DNA from: Desulfatiglandales bacterium
GTDB lineage: Bacteria > Desulfobacterota > DSM-4660 > Desulfatiglandales > Desulfatiglandaceae
Reading direction: 5' to 3'
DNA length: 64,000 bases
Assembly: GCA_963662465.1 (NCBI GenBank)
Contig: OY759599.1
Location: 2,240,001-2,304,000 of the forward strand
The translations under genes and the position numbers were made by a program. Below are positions 1 through 10,513 of this stretch, one piece after another. How positions within the stretch are numbered: position 1 is the stretch's first letter; every line of letters begins with the position of its first letter. Below the pieces are notes generated by a model that saw only the letters and a program-made list of their open reading frames with translations, searched no databases and was not told where the DNA came from.

Positions 1-108
1 CCCCTGCCATATAGCGCAAACCCGCAGGCGGATCAAGTCTTTGACGCTGACAGCCTTGATATTTTATCCTGAAAGGCAAATTTGTTTCATTAACCCAACA
101 TACGAAAA

Positions 109-140
109 AACGGCCGTCCTTAATAAAAAAGACGGCCGTT
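109..140. terminator. Intrinsic terminator downstream of htpG
   Basis: Inverted repeat aacggccgtc...gacggccgtt flanked by A/T runs, ~30 bp after the htpG stop. Confidence 0.7.
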
Positions 141-168
141 CTTTTAAATGGAGATGTATGGTTCGGGA

Positions 169-2097
169 TTAAAAAGCGCCGACCAGCAATTGACCCACCT
201 GTTTGTTGAAACGGGAGGGGTTGTCGATTTTCCCGCCCTCGCCGATCACCGCCATGTCAAACAGCAACTGGCTGTAATCTTTCAGTTTGGGATCATCCTT
301 GTCGGCTTCAAATATTTCCTTCATTTTTGTAATGGCCGGGTGATCCGCGTTCAACTCCAGCACCCGTTTGGCGTCGGGAGCGGTATTTCCGGTGGCCTTC
401 ATGATCTTTTCCATGTAGGCGCTCATATCTTCCGCATCGCTGGAGAGACACGCCACGGAATCCTTGAGCCGCGTTGAGGGGCGCACTTCCTTGATCTTTT
501 CATCCAGCTGACCTTTGATGAATTCAAACAGGGAATTGAGGTCTTTCTTTTTTTCTTCCGTTTTTTCATCATCAATCTTCAAATCCCCTTTTTCAGCACT
601 CTTGAGGGGTTTTTTGTCATATTCGGTCAGAGCCTGGACCACCCATTCATCGATGGGGTCCGTCATGAGCAGCACTTCATAGTCCTTTGCCTTTAACGCT
701 TCCAGGTGGGGACTGTTAATGAGGGTGGAAATGTTCTCCCCGGTCATATAATAGATCCCTTCCTGCTCCGGCTTCATGTTAACCACGTACTCTTTAAGCG
801 ACACATACTTGCCGTCGGACTTGGTGGTTTTGTAGCGTGCCAGATCCGCAATCTTGTCCTTGTTGTCCCAGTCCGAATGGATGCCCTCTTTGAGCACCAT
901 GCCGAAGGCCTCAAAGAATTTTTCGTAAGTCTCCTTGTCCATTTCCCCGAGATGGTTCAGCACATTTTTGATGATGTTCTTTCGAATGTTTCGAACCATC
1001 TTGTCCTGCTGCAAAATTTCCCGGCTGACATTCAGGTTCAAATCCATGGCATCCACAACACCCTTGATAAACCGCAGGTATTCGGGGATCAGGTCCTTAC
1101 AGTTTTCCATAATGAACACCCGACGGGAAAAGAGCCGGATGCCGTGCTTTCGTTCAACCGTGAAGAAATCAAAGGGCGCCTTTTCAGGAACAAACAACAG
1201 CATGGTATATTCCACCACCCCTTCCAGTTTCACGTGGATATGGGACAGGGGATCATTCCAGTCATGGCTGATGTGCTTGTAAAACTCCTTGTACTCCTCT
1301 TCCGTGATCTCGGATTTACTCCGGGTCCAGATGGCCTTCATGGAATTAAGGGTTTCATCCTCCCGCACTTTCCGGGTGGTGGAAAGGGGTTTTCCATCCG
1401 TGCCCTTAAGCTGCTCGGCCTCGGGAATGGGTTCGGATTTTTCCACCTCCATAAGAATGGGATAGCGAACAAAGTCCGAATGCTTCTTCACGGTCTCACG
1501 AATCACCCATTCATCCGTATAATCGTCATCGGCTTTCTCTTCGGGGTCTTTCAGCTCAAGGAGGATAGTAGTCCCCCGTCCCTCTTTCTCAACTTCTTCG
1601 ATGGTGTAAGAACCATCCCCCGTGGATTCCCACCGGGCCGCAGTATCCGAACCCGCGGCCTTTGTAATCAGGGTCACCTTATTGGCCACGATAAAGGCGC
1701 TGTAGAAACCAACTCCGAATTTCCCAATAAGATCAGGGGCCAGGGCATCCCCTTTCGTTGAATTTTTAAGGGCCTCCACGAATGCGGATGTCCCGCTTTT
1801 GGCGATGGTGCCGATATTCTCCATGACCTCCTCATAGGTCATGCCGACACCGTTATCCGAGATTTCGAGGGTCTTTTTTTCCTTATTGGGGGTAACCCGG
1901 ATAAAAAAATCGGCGTCGTCACCCAGGATCTCCGCATCGGTCTGGGCTTTAAAGCGCAGCCGGTCGATGGCATCCGATGAATTGGAGATCAATTCCCTCA
2001 GAAATATATCCCGGTTGGAATATAAAGAATTGATAATAAGATTGAGAATCTGCTGAATTTCCGTCTTGAATTGATGGGTCTCTTGTTTTCCTGTCAT
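169..2097 (-). CDS. htpG: Molecular chaperone HtpG (Hsp90)
   Basis: [30 protein letters not shown] and LNVSREILQ motifs; start moved to MTGKQ, which has an aggag RBS. Confidence 0.97.
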   Translation of the reverse strand: MTGKQETHQFKTEIQQILNLIINSLYSNRDIFLRELISNSSDAIDRLRFKAQTDAEILGDDADFFIRVTPNKEKKTLEISDNGVGMTYEEVMENIGTIAKSGTSAFVEALKNSTKGDALAPDLIGKFGVGFYSAFIVANKVTLITKAAGSDTAARWESTGDGSYTIEEVEKEGRGTTILLELKDPEEKADDDYTDEWVIRETVKKHSDFVRYPILMEVEKSEPIPEAEQLKGTDGKPLSTTRKVREDETLNSMKAIWTRSKSEITEEEYKEFYKHISHDWNDPLSHIHVKLEGVVEYTMLLFVPEKAPFDFFTVERKHGIRLFSRRVFIMENCKDLIPEYLRFIKGVVDAMDLNLNVSREILQQDKMVRNIRKNIIKNVLNHLGEMDKETYEKFFEAFGMVLKEGIHSDWDNKDKIADLARYKTTKSDGKYVSLKEYVVNMKPEQEGIYYMTGENISTLINSPHLEALKAKDYEVLLMTDPIDEWVVQALTEYDKKPLKSAEKGDLKIDDEKTEEKKKDLNSLFEFIKGQLDEKIKEVRPSTRLKDSVACLSSDAEDMSAYMEKIMKATGNTAPDAKRVLELNADHPAITKMKEIFEADKDDPKLKDYSQLLFDMAVIGEGGKIDNPSRFNKQVGQLLVGAF

Positions 2098-2148
2098 ATT
2101 ATCTCCTCGCTGCCGGTTTGATTTCATCTTCCAAAATTTACCCCTATA

Positions 2149-2176
2149 ACATGGGCTCAAATTTCTCGTTGTCAAG
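2149..2176 (-). promoter_or_regulatory. Putative sigma32-like promoter of htpG
   Basis: Minus strand CTTGAC-N15-CCCATGT upstream of a heat-shock gene. Confidence 0.4.
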
Positions 2177-2323
2177 ATCTTCCGGAAGACTCTGAAGGGC
2201 AGTCGTCGCTTTCCTCGCCGCATCGGTGGATTTTTTCCTTGACAGACCCGTGCCATCAAGGGGAAACCAGGGGCGATAGGTGTGAATTTTCCATTCTACC
2301 AAAACCGTGGAGGTTACTTCGAC

Positions 2324-3136
2324 ATGATCGGTGTTTTTGATTCAGGATTTGGCGGGCTCACCATTTTGAGTGCATTTTTAAAACTGCTTCCAGACTATGA
2401 TTATCTCTATCTGGGCGACAGCGCCCGCACGCCCTATGGCAACAAAAGTCAGGACGTCATCTATACCTACACCCGCCAGGCGGTGAATTTTCTGTTCAGC
2501 AAAGGGTGTACCCTGGTGATCCTCGCCTGCAATACGGCCTCAACCAAGGCCCTTCGCAGAATTCAGCGGGAGTGGCTTCCGGCAAACTATCCAAACCGTC
2601 GTGTTCTGGGCGTTGTCATTCCCCTGGCCGAATCCGCCGTTCTGTCCGCACGCCGCGGCCGCATCGGCGTCATCGGAACCCAGGCCACCATCGAATCAAA
2701 GGTCTACGAGGAAGAACTGCGAAAGCTTGGAACGGGACTCAAGATTTACGGGCAGGCCTGTCCCCTTCTGGTCCCTCTGGTGGAGGAAGGTTGGGCGGGA
2801 AAACCGGAATCCAACATGATTCTCAAAAAATATCTACTCCGCATGAAACGCAACAACATCGATACCCTCATCCTGGGATGCACCCACTACCGGTTTTTGG
2901 AAAAGGACATCTCCCGAATCATGGGAAAAAACTGCCGGGTATTGAACGGCCCCGAAATCATTGCGGAGAAACTCAAGGATTACTTGAGGAGACACCCTGA
3001 AATTGAAACCCGGATTCCTAAAAACAGCGTTGTCGCCTATTGCACCACCGATGACCCCGAACGATTCAGGGTATTTGGCGAGAAATTCCTGAACCGGCAC
3101 ATCCCATCCGTTGAGCGGGTGATAATGGCGCAATAA
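2324..3136 (+). CDS. murI: Glutamate racemase
   Basis: IGVFDSGFGGL, PYG, LACNTAS and LGCTHY motifs. Confidence 0.95.
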   Translation: MIGVFDSGFGGLTILSAFLKLLPDYDYLYLGDSARTPYGNKSQDVIYTYTRQAVNFLFSKGCTLVILACNTASTKALRRIQREWLPANYPNRRVLGVVIPLAESAVLSARRGRIGVIGTQATIESKVYEEELRKLGTGLKIYGQACPLLVPLVEEGWAGKPESNMILKKYLLRMKRNNIDTLILGCTHYRFLEKDISRIMGKNCRVLNGPEIIAEKLKDYLRRHPEIETRIPKNSVVAYCTTDDPERFRVFGEKFLNRHIPSVERVIMAQ

Positions 3137-3257
3137 ACCGGAAAAAAACAAGCCCCCGGGGGTTGCTATTTATGCTCTGGAATGATATTTGGGTTTGATG
3201 ACGACGTAAAATACCATAAACAGCATTGCCTTGACAAAACCCCCAGGGAGAAAGCAA

Positions 3258-3623
3258 ATGACCGAAAACATTCCAGAACAAATCAACTTTACCTTCAACA
3301 AACAAAGCCTGTGCCGAGAGGAGTCCGTTACGGACCTCAGGGTAGGGTCCATCAGGTGCCTTAGACCCATCAATCCGGACGGAACCGACGACGAAAAACG
3401 GATGACCGTCTTCATGGGACATACCCAGCTCCACTCGCCCCAGGGGCTTGTTCCCCTTCAAGCGCCATTGCAGGCAACAACCCTGGAACAGGCCATCGAC
3501 GAATTTCCCATTGCCATGAAAAAAGCCCTTGAAGAGATGCTGGCAAGGGCGCAACAAATGCAGGCCCAACAACAAGCCGCGCAAAAACAAAATGAGTCCC
3601 GCATCATCACGCCCGGAAGATAG
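3258..3623 (+). CDS. Conserved hypothetical protein
   Basis: RBS-preceded ORF with a Q/A-rich helix and a C-terminal SRIITPGR tail typical of a small conserved family. Confidence 0.7.
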   Translation: MTENIPEQINFTFNKQSLCREESVTDLRVGSIRCLRPINPDGTDDEKRMTVFMGHTQLHSPQGLVPLQAPLQATTLEQAIDEFPIAMKKALEEMLARAQQMQAQQQAAQKQNESRIITPGR

Positions 3624-3628
3624 CCTTC

Positions 3629-4000
3629 TTGCCCTCTCAATATAACATTTTTGAACACGAATTGCCGGGCGGTTTTAAAGTGTTTGCCGGAAAAACCGAT
3701 GTGGACAACGATCATCTCAGCATCAAACTGGCAAAACCCAATGACTTCTGGTTCCATGTGCGGGGAATGCCAGGCAGCCACGTGGTACTGAGGGCCAGCG
3801 CGGAAAAAGAACCCGATCGCGAAACCTTGAAACGCGCCGCCGCCGTAGCCGCCTATTACAGCAAGGCGCGTAACGGCGGCGTCGTACCGGTCTCATGCAC
3901 CCGGGCCCGGTATGTCACAAAGCCCAGAGGGGCCAAACCGGGTCTGGTTCAAATTCGGAAAGAATCCACCTTGAAAGTGCGCCCTTCCCTGCCTGAATGA
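3629..4000 (+). CDS. Stand-alone NFACT RNA-binding domain (DUF814) protein
   Basis: GKTDVDND, FWFHVRGMPGSHVV, AAAVAAYYSKA and VTKPRGAKPG motifs. Confidence 0.85.
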   Translation: MPSQYNIFEHELPGGFKVFAGKTDVDNDHLSIKLAKPNDFWFHVRGMPGSHVVLRASAEKEPDRETLKRAAAVAAYYSKARNGGVVPVSCTRARYVTKPRGAKPGLVQIRKESTLKVRPSLPE

Positions 4001-4018
4001 CAGCGCTTCACCCAGACA

Positions 4019-5470
4019 TTACATCCCCGTATCAAATTCCAACAGCAGACCCTTGTCGATGGTGACGTCCCCCACCGGAAGGGGTTCGTCCATCCCTTTC
4101 AGGTAGACCATGACCTCATATTTCCCCGGGGAAACCGGAAAAGCCTTCCACAAGGGATAATCGTTGTCCCATCTCCGACGCACCTGAAGGACTTTGTCCC
4201 GGTTTTCTGAATCGATCAAGTCAAAACCGGTCATGGGCTGGTCGTTTTTCTTGATCTGGATACCGCTGTCAATGGTCAAAACCGTTTCCGAATTGGCCTT
4301 TATTGCCATACCCCGTGCCAGAATCGCCGGCGCAGGCATGGTTTTGTAGTGGTATTCAAAAGCATATGTACCGGGAGGCAGGGGTTTGGTGGTAAAGAAG
4401 TAGTAATCGTTGTTCTTGCCGGGCGTCATCAATACGAATTTTCCGTCGGCGCTGCGCAAAGTCACGGAACCGGCCGGAATACGCTTGAGGCCGTCGGAGA
4501 CATTAAACACCAGGGCGCCCAATTGAAGATCCGTTGTTTCACCCCCATTGATGGTGACGGAAATGGGGCCGATTTCAGAAGGTTTTTTGTAATTGGCGTT
4601 GGCGTATCCTAAATTGACATCATATTCACCGGCCGGTAGGGGATGGGTGCTGTCTGCCTTGGGATTCTCGGCGGTTTTAAGGGTCTTATTGTCTGTTTTC
4701 CTGACAATCCGAATACAAGCGAGACTTTTCTCCCCACCCGGGGGATAAGTCACCCGTAGTTTGCCCAGACCTGTTTTGGCTTTTTTCCGGGTGGTTCGGG
4801 CTTTCTCAACTTCCACCTTTTTCACCACTTCCCGCTGCATACTTTGAAATGCGGAAGACAGATCCCCGGCATTGCCGGCACTGTAATAAACACCACCGCC
4901 CGCTTCAGCAAGACAGGAAAGCTGTTCTTTCTCCTGAGCACTCACATCAAACCCGACCACATGCAGAATAAACTTGATCCCTGTTTTCTTAAGTTCACGC
5001 ACGACCCCGCAGGGATCCGGGTTGCAGGTTTCCAATCCGTCGCTTACAAGAATAATGGTCGTTTCGTTTTCTTTGGATTTAAGCGCTTTAACAACCAATT
5101 TGATGGAATCGGCAATGGGGGTTTTGCCTTTGGGATTGATAGCGCTGACTTTTTCGAGAAGCAAGGCGCGATCATTGCCGCCCGCTGGGATAATGATCTC
5201 AATATCGTCACAACGCCCTTTCCAGCGATGACCATAGACAGTCAAACCCAGCCTGACTTCTTCGGGAAGTGAAGGGACCAGTTCCTTAAGCACCTTTTTA
5301 GCCGCCTCTATCTTGGCTTCGCCTCCGGCCTTGCCCCACATAGAGCCCGAACCATCGAGAATAATCATCACCTCGGGAAAATTGGCGGTTGCAGCCCGAG
5401 CCGGCAGACTGAAAGCACAAACAACAAAAAACAACAAAATGGAAACCCAATAAGCACGTCGCATAATCAT
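4019..5470 (-). CDS. Secreted von Willebrand factor A domain protein
   Basis: Signal peptide, MIDAS DGSGS, GKTPI and SDGLETC motifs, beta-rich C-terminus. Confidence 0.85.
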   Translation of the reverse strand: MIMRRAYWVSILLFFVVCAFSLPARAATANFPEVMIILDGSGSMWGKAGGEAKIEAAKKVLKELVPSLPEEVRLGLTVYGHRWKGRCDDIEIIIPAGGNDRALLLEKVSAINPKGKTPIADSIKLVVKALKSKENETTIILVSDGLETCNPDPCGVVRELKKTGIKFILHVVGFDVSAQEKEQLSCLAEAGGGVYYSAGNAGDLSSAFQSMQREVVKKVEVEKARTTRKKAKTGLGKLRVTYPPGGEKSLACIRIVRKTDNKTLKTAENPKADSTHPLPAGEYDVNLGYANANYKKPSEIGPISVTINGGETTDLQLGALVFNVSDGLKRIPAGSVTLRSADGKFVLMTPGKNNDYYFFTTKPLPPGTYAFEYHYKTMPAPAILARGMAIKANSETVLTIDSGIQIKKNDQPMTGFDLIDSENRDKVLQVRRRWDNDYPLWKAFPVSPGKYEVMVYLKGMDEPLPVGDVTIDKGLLLEFDTGM

Positions 5471-5523
5471 CCTCCTTGCAATAAAATTTATAACAATTTC
5501 AAATTATTAACAAATAAAACAAC

Positions 5524-6336
5524 TCAGGCGCGTTCCGAAAACCAATCAATCAGTTCCCGCGAAATACTGATTCTGGGTGGAATGCGGGGAAGGTCATCCG
5601 GCGCAAACCAGTCCGCATGGGAAATTTCCACGCCGTCCGCCCGTATTTCGCCACCCGCATATTCCGCCGTGAATCCCACCATGAGAGAATCAGGAAACGG
5701 CCAGGGCTGGCTTCCGAAATAGCGAATATTTTTAACCGAAATGCTCACCTCTTCCAGCACTTCCCTTCTAACGCAGTCTTCAAGGGTTTCACCCGGTTCC
5801 ACAAATCCCGCCAGGACACTGTAAAAAGACTCGGGGAATCGGGGTGAATGGCCCAGAAGGATTTTTCCCTCCCTGACAACGGCGACGATAATCGCCGGAG
5901 AAAGCCGCGGATAATTGACCAGCCCACATTCCGGACAAATTTTAGCCCGTTCGCCTTCCTTATCCTTTGTGGGGTTTCCGCATTTGCCGCAGTATTCATG
6001 GTTCCGATGCCAGGCCAACAAATGCCCCGCCAACCCTGCCGCCTGAACGTTATCCACATCAAACCGTTGAAAAACCTGACGCAGTTCCATGGACGAAAAG
6101 GCTTCAGGGATCGGCGCATCGCCGCTCAATTCCGACGCATAGCAGGGCTGATCATTCAGCATGCCGAAAAAGCGTTGCCCGCGGGGAAAAAATGCGGTTT
6201 TTTCCAAATCCGGTGTTTGCGGTATACGGGCATCGTCGCCTTCCCGCATCACCAGAAAACGTTGTTTCTTAAACAAAAACCAGAGAGCGTTTTCAGGCGG
6301 TTTGAGGGGCGGTTTCGCCGTAGATGCAAAAGTCAT
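5524..6336 (-). CDS. nudC: NAD(+) diphosphatase NudC
   Basis: CGKCG...CPECG zinc ribbon, Nudix box GFVEPGE...REVLEE and SQPWPFPDSLM. Confidence 0.93.
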   Translation of the reverse strand: MTFASTAKPPLKPPENALWFLFKKQRFLVMREGDDARIPQTPDLEKTAFFPRGQRFFGMLNDQPCYASELSGDAPIPEAFSSMELRQVFQRFDVDNVQAAGLAGHLLAWHRNHEYCGKCGNPTKDKEGERAKICPECGLVNYPRLSPAIIVAVVREGKILLGHSPRFPESFYSVLAGFVEPGETLEDCVRREVLEEVSISVKNIRYFGSQPWPFPDSLMVGFTAEYAGGEIRADGVEISHADWFAPDDLPRIPPRISISRELIDWFSERA

Positions 6337-6496
6337 GGGATATATCTCCTTTGAGTTGAATCGGCGTCGCACATATTGACCCGTATTTCCATAACCGATA
6401 GCAGGCTATGGCCCAGCTGTCAAGAATGAGGCGCCTTACTTCGCTAGCCATACCCATTGACCTTTGGCTTTAACGCCTTATATTGTTGCGAGCAAT

Positions 6497-6523
6497 CGGG
6501 CTCTCCCAGAGCCCGTTTTTTTT
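6497..6523 (+). promoter_or_regulatory. Terminator-like hairpin in the prfC leader
   Basis: cgggctct-ccc-agagcccg followed by T8, between a TTGACC/TATTGT promoter-like element and the prfC ATG. Confidence 0.5.
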
Positions 6524-6551
6524 ACGTTGTGATTGAGGCTATTTTAGGAAA

Positions 6552-8138
6552 ATGGATAAACGACACAAACTGGAAGTGGATCGGCGGCGCAATTTCGGCA
6601 TTATCAGTCACCCGGATGCCGGCAAGACAACCCTTACGGAAAAACTGCTGCTCTTTGGCGGCGCCATTCAGCAGGCCGGCGCCATCAAGGCCAGAAAAGC
6701 CACGCGACATGCCACCAGCGACTGGATGCGAATTGAACAGGAAAGGGGCATCTCCGTTACCACCAGCGCCATGAAATTCAACTACCGGAATTTCGAGATC
6801 AACCTGCTGGACACCCCCGGACACCAGGACTTTTCCGAAGATACCTATCGCGTGCTGACGGCCGTGGACAGCGCCCTGATGGTCATTGACAGCGCCAAGG
6901 GCGTGGAACCCCAGACGGAAAAGCTCATGGAAGTGTGCCGCATGCGCAACACACCCATCATCACCTTTATCAACAAACTGGACAGGGAGGGACTGCCTCC
7001 GCTGGATCTGTTGAGCGACATTGAAGAAAAACTTCAAATCGAGTGCGTTCCCCTGTCATGGCCCATCGGAATGGGAAAACGCTTTAAAGGGGTTTACAAT
7101 CGGCATCATCTGGGGCTTCATCTCTTTACGCCGGGACAATCCAGCGCGCCCCGGGAAGGCATCATGATAGAGGATCTCGCCGATCCCCGTCTCGACCAGT
7201 TGCTTGGCAGTCAGGCAAAGGACCTGCGTGAAGATGTGGAATTGCTGGATGGCGCCGCCAATCCCTTTGATATGGGCCACTATCTGAAAGGAAATCAGAC
7301 GCCCGTTTTCTTTGGCAGCGCCGTTAACAACTTCGGCGTAAAGGAATTGCTGAACGCCTTTGTTGAAATGTCGCCGCCGCCGAGGCCCCGCGCCACCCTG
7401 ACCCGGGACGTATCCCCCTACGAATCCGCCTTTTCAGGCTTTGTTTTCAAAATCCAAGCGAACATGGACATGGCCCATCGGGACCGCATCGCCTTTTTGC
7501 GCGTGTGTTCCGGCACCTTCACCCGGGGAATGAAAGTCGTTCACCATCGCATCGGCAAGGAAATTGCCATTGCCAATGCCACTATATTCATGGCCCAGGC
7601 CCGGGAAAATGTTCAGGAAGCCTATCCCGGAGACATCATCGGCATCCATAACCACGGCACCATCAAAATCGGGGACACATTTACTGAAAAGGAACCCCTG
7701 AAGTTCACCGGCATTCCCAACTTCGCCCCGGAACACTTCCGGCGCGTCCGCCTGAAAAATCCAATGAAATCCAAGCAGTTGCAGAAAGGCCTGCACCAAT
7801 TGGCGGAAGAGGGCGCTACCCAGGTGTTCCGCCCCTTGGGCACCAGCGACTACATTCTGGGGGCGGTGGGCGTCCTTCAATTCGATGTCACGGCCAATCG
7901 CCTGAAACAGGAATATGGGGCGGATACGGTTTATGAACCCATGGGCCTGGCGGTTGCGCGCTGGGTGAGCTGCACGGACTCCAAACGCTTCAGGGATTTC
8001 CAGCAGGAAAATACGGCATACCTGGCCCTGGATGCGGAAGATCAACTGACCTTCCTGGGGCCCAGCCAGTGGCGATTGGAACATGTGATGGAACAATGGC
8101 CGGAGGTGGAATTCAAGAAAACCAGGGAGTATAATTAG
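6552..8138 (+). CDS. prfC: Peptide chain release factor 3
   Basis: [34 protein letters not shown] and HRDRIAF motifs. Confidence 0.97.
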   Translation: MDKRHKLEVDRRRNFGIISHPDAGKTTLTEKLLLFGGAIQQAGAIKARKATRHATSDWMRIEQERGISVTTSAMKFNYRNFEINLLDTPGHQDFSEDTYRVLTAVDSALMVIDSAKGVEPQTEKLMEVCRMRNTPIITFINKLDREGLPPLDLLSDIEEKLQIECVPLSWPIGMGKRFKGVYNRHHLGLHLFTPGQSSAPREGIMIEDLADPRLDQLLGSQAKDLREDVELLDGAANPFDMGHYLKGNQTPVFFGSAVNNFGVKELLNAFVEMSPPPRPRATLTRDVSPYESAFSGFVFKIQANMDMAHRDRIAFLRVCSGTFTRGMKVVHHRIGKEIAIANATIFMAQARENVQEAYPGDIIGIHNHGTIKIGDTFTEKEPLKFTGIPNFAPEHFRRVRLKNPMKSKQLQKGLHQLAEEGATQVFRPLGTSDYILGAVGVLQFDVTANRLKQEYGADTVYEPMGLAVARWVSCTDSKRFRDFQQENTAYLALDAEDQLTFLGPSQWRLEHVMEQWPEVEFKKTREYN

Positions 8139-8283
8139 TGCCTGAACGAAAAAGCCGTTCAGGCACGGTTTTAAGTTTTAGGTTTTAAGTTTTAAGTGAA
8201 AAAACGAAACCATATCATCTAGTTGTAAATCTCTAACGAAAATTGGAAAACGATATTTAGAGGTTTTCGTTCAGGCACTAATT
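8133..8283. mobile_element. MITE-like element with perfect 20-bp terminal inverted repeats
   Basis: aattagtgcctgaacgaaaa (8133-8152) is the exact reverse complement of 8264-8283; non-coding AT-rich interior with (gttttaa)n. Confidence 0.7.
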
Positions 8284-8299
8284 GAAAGAAACGATTACT

Positions 8300-8382
8300 A
8301 TGGCGCTGCAATGCGATCCGCCAAGGTGCCCACCGCGACGGCAAAATAATTGGATCGGTTCCATTTCAGGATCACGCGGTAA
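8300..8382 (-). repeat. Direct repeat: displaced copy of the mltB 3' end
   Basis: 83 bp matching 9131-9213 with 6 mismatches; encodes YRVILKWNRSNYFAVAVGTLADRIAAP-stop. Confidence 0.92.
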
Positions 8383-8394
8383 ACAGGAGGACTT

Positions 8395-8703
8395 ATGCTC
8401 AACCTACAATTAAAAGTGCCGGCGGAAACTGCGCGCCGGCTGAAAAAAGTTCTGGAATATACTCAAAACCAAGAAACCTTTGCGGAAAATATCATCGCAT
8501 ATCAGATTGCCGAAATGAAGAAAGGCAACTTGAACATGAGGCTTGATCTAAAGCAGTTTGAGGAAAAATACCAGATGAACTCAGAAATATTTTACCGTGA
8601 ATTTGTGCAAGGGAAGCTGGAAGACACTGAAGACTATATGGTATGGGCCGGACTTTACGAGATGTTGGAGAAGAATAAAACGCGGCTCCAGGAATTGGTA
8701 TGA
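8395..8703 (+). CDS. Putative antitoxin
   Basis: aggagg RBS; FEEKYQMNSEIFY...GKLEDTEDYMVW pattern; ATGA overlap with the next gene. Confidence 0.7.
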   Translation: MLNLQLKVPAETARRLKKVLEYTQNQETFAENIIAYQIAEMKKGNLNMRLDLKQFEEKYQMNSEIFYREFVQGKLEDTEDYMVWAGLYEMLEKNKTRLQELV

Positions 8704-9080
8704 TCGAAACCTATTTCTTTCAGATCGAAGCGATTCTAAAGGAGTTTCCCTCGATTCGTTTCTATACTCTCAGGAAAAAGATCTACAACATCAACCAGGG
8801 ATTTCTCAGTGGTTCGATTGTATTTCAAAATGGTCACCTCCTGGATTTCGCTGAAGTCAAAGATGTCGAAGTCCTTGCAAAAATAAAATACCGCTACCAG
8901 TATATGAACGAACGTCAGGAAGTCATTTTCCGATACGACAATGCGCCGCATCACCGACACCTCAAGACGTTTCCTCATCACAAGCATCTTTCCGATGGCA
9001 TTGAAGAGAGTGAAGAGCCTGCGCTATTTGATGTATTGTTGGAGATCGCCCAACGAGAACGGACCAATCCCTTACCATAA
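8700..9080 (+). CDS. DUF6516 / TumE-like putative toxin
   Basis: KYRYQY...IFRYDNAPHH...TFPHHKH signature. Confidence 0.8.
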   Translation: MIETYFFQIEAILKEFPSIRFYTLRKKIYNINQGFLSGSIVFQNGHLLDFAEVKDVEVLAKIKYRYQYMNERQEVIFRYDNAPHHRHLKTFPHHKHLSDGIEESEEPALFDVLLEIAQRERTNPLP

Positions 9081-9128
9081 GCCGTGAAACTGGGGCAGCA
9101 ACAACCCGACAATGCGCCTTGAGCTTTT

Positions 9129-10175
9129 TCATGGCGCCGCAATGCGATCCGCCAAGGAACCCACCGCAACAGCAAAATAATTGGATCGGTTCCATTTAAG
9201 GATCACGCGGTAATTGGGATATGCCAGGTATGTGGGACCGCCGGTTTTGTTGGGTCGCACCAGATATGCCGACAAAGCCGGTTTTCCAGCAACACCATTT
9301 CCCGAAACACCCAGTTGCCGCCACTCTTTGAGGGTTTTCCGGGTTCCCGCATCCACCAGTTCTGTTTTGAACCCCGCGGGTAAAGAAACTTCCCCTCCCC
9401 ATCCCTGATCTTTTCTCCAGCCGGATCTTGACAGATAATTGGCGGCGGAAGCCAAGGCATCCGGCAGATTATCCCATATATCCCTTCGACCGTCGCCGTC
9501 ATAATCCACGGCATACGTCACAAAGGATGACGGCATGAACTGGACCTGTCCCATGGCGCCGGCCCAGGAACCATCCATATCTTCCGGAGAAATATGACCC
9601 TCTTCCAGAATTTTGAGGGCTCTGATGAGTTCAGACCTGAAAAAGGCGCTGCGCCGGCCATCATAGGCCAGCGTCGCCAGAGATGCGATCACCGGATATC
9701 CACCTGTAATTTTTCCATATCGGGTTTCAATTCCCCACAGGGCGACAATGTACTGGGGCTCAACGCCGTATTGATCGGATATTTTTTTCAGAAGATTCCG
9801 ATGTTCGTCGTACAACCGTCGCCCATCCCAAACGGTTTTTCCGGAAACAACCCGATCCAGGTATTCCTCCAGCGTGAGTTTGAATTCAGGCTGGGAACGA
9901 TCCAGTTCGATGATGCGAGGAATGGGCTTTACATCATGAAACGCCTGATCCAGAATTTTCTGGGAAACCCCGGCAGCGCGCGCTTCTTTGCAGACCCCTT
10001 CCAGCCATTCTTGAAAAGACGGTTTCTCCACTGCACGGACCTGGCTGACGTTTATAAACAAAACAAGGATCAGCATAATCACAACAGCCACCCACGGAAA
10101 TCCAGTTAAACCCTGATTCCGGACTTTCCATAACAACGCGTCCAACATCCTGAATATACTGACCCTGTTGCTCAT
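9129..10175 (-). CDS. mltB: Lytic murein transglycosylase (MltB/GH103)
   Basis: ALWGIETRYG, GSWAGAMGQVQFMPSS and DYDGDGRRDIW motifs. Confidence 0.9.
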   Translation of the reverse strand: MSNRVSIFRMLDALLWKVRNQGLTGFPWVAVVIMLILVLFINVSQVRAVEKPSFQEWLEGVCKEARAAGVSQKILDQAFHDVKPIPRIIELDRSQPEFKLTLEEYLDRVVSGKTVWDGRRLYDEHRNLLKKISDQYGVEPQYIVALWGIETRYGKITGGYPVIASLATLAYDGRRSAFFRSELIRALKILEEGHISPEDMDGSWAGAMGQVQFMPSSFVTYAVDYDGDGRRDIWDNLPDALASAANYLSRSGWRKDQGWGGEVSLPAGFKTELVDAGTRKTLKEWRQLGVSGNGVAGKPALSAYLVRPNKTGGPTYLAYPNYRVILKWNRSNYFAVAVGSLADRIAAP

Positions 10176-10298
10176 TTTTTCTCCTTTGGCTCATTTGATG
10201 GGGGAGAATATCATATTTTCGGCAAAAAACAACCTCGCGCAACAAAATAAATCCGGACCAACATCAAGGGCATGAAGATACGAATTTGTATGATAATT

Positions 10299-10323
10299 CA
10301 TTACAACAAACATTATTGTAATG
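10299..10323. promoter_or_regulatory. Palindromic putative enhancer site upstream of the amtB sigma54 promoter
   Basis: cattacaa-N9-ttgtaatg, ~110 bp upstream of the -24 element. Confidence 0.5.
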
Positions 10324-10433
10324 CGTCACTTCATTTGCAGACCGCATGATGCCATGTCCATTTCAAGCATAACTTTTAATTTATATTAAAATTCCTGATA
10401 CTTACAATAATTACCGGTGACGTTGCGGTGGTA

Positions 10434-10449
10434 CGGCACAGACCTTGCT
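10434..10449 (+). promoter_or_regulatory. Sigma54 (-24/-12) promoter of amtB
   Basis: CGGCAC-AGACC-TTGCT with canonical GG/GC spacing. Confidence 0.75.
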
Positions 10450-10513
10450 CTGGTGTATGCTCGAATCAAAACCGCAGTGGTGAAAATTTTTTTCTAATTT
10501 TAAGGAGCCTATC

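Noticed and set aside
706..1761. 351-aa ORF antisense to htpG, and similar long antisense ORFs at 21897-22784, 47568-48761, 56692-57627 and 59898-61010
   Set aside because: Shadow ORFs of well-supported genes, with no recognisable motifs.
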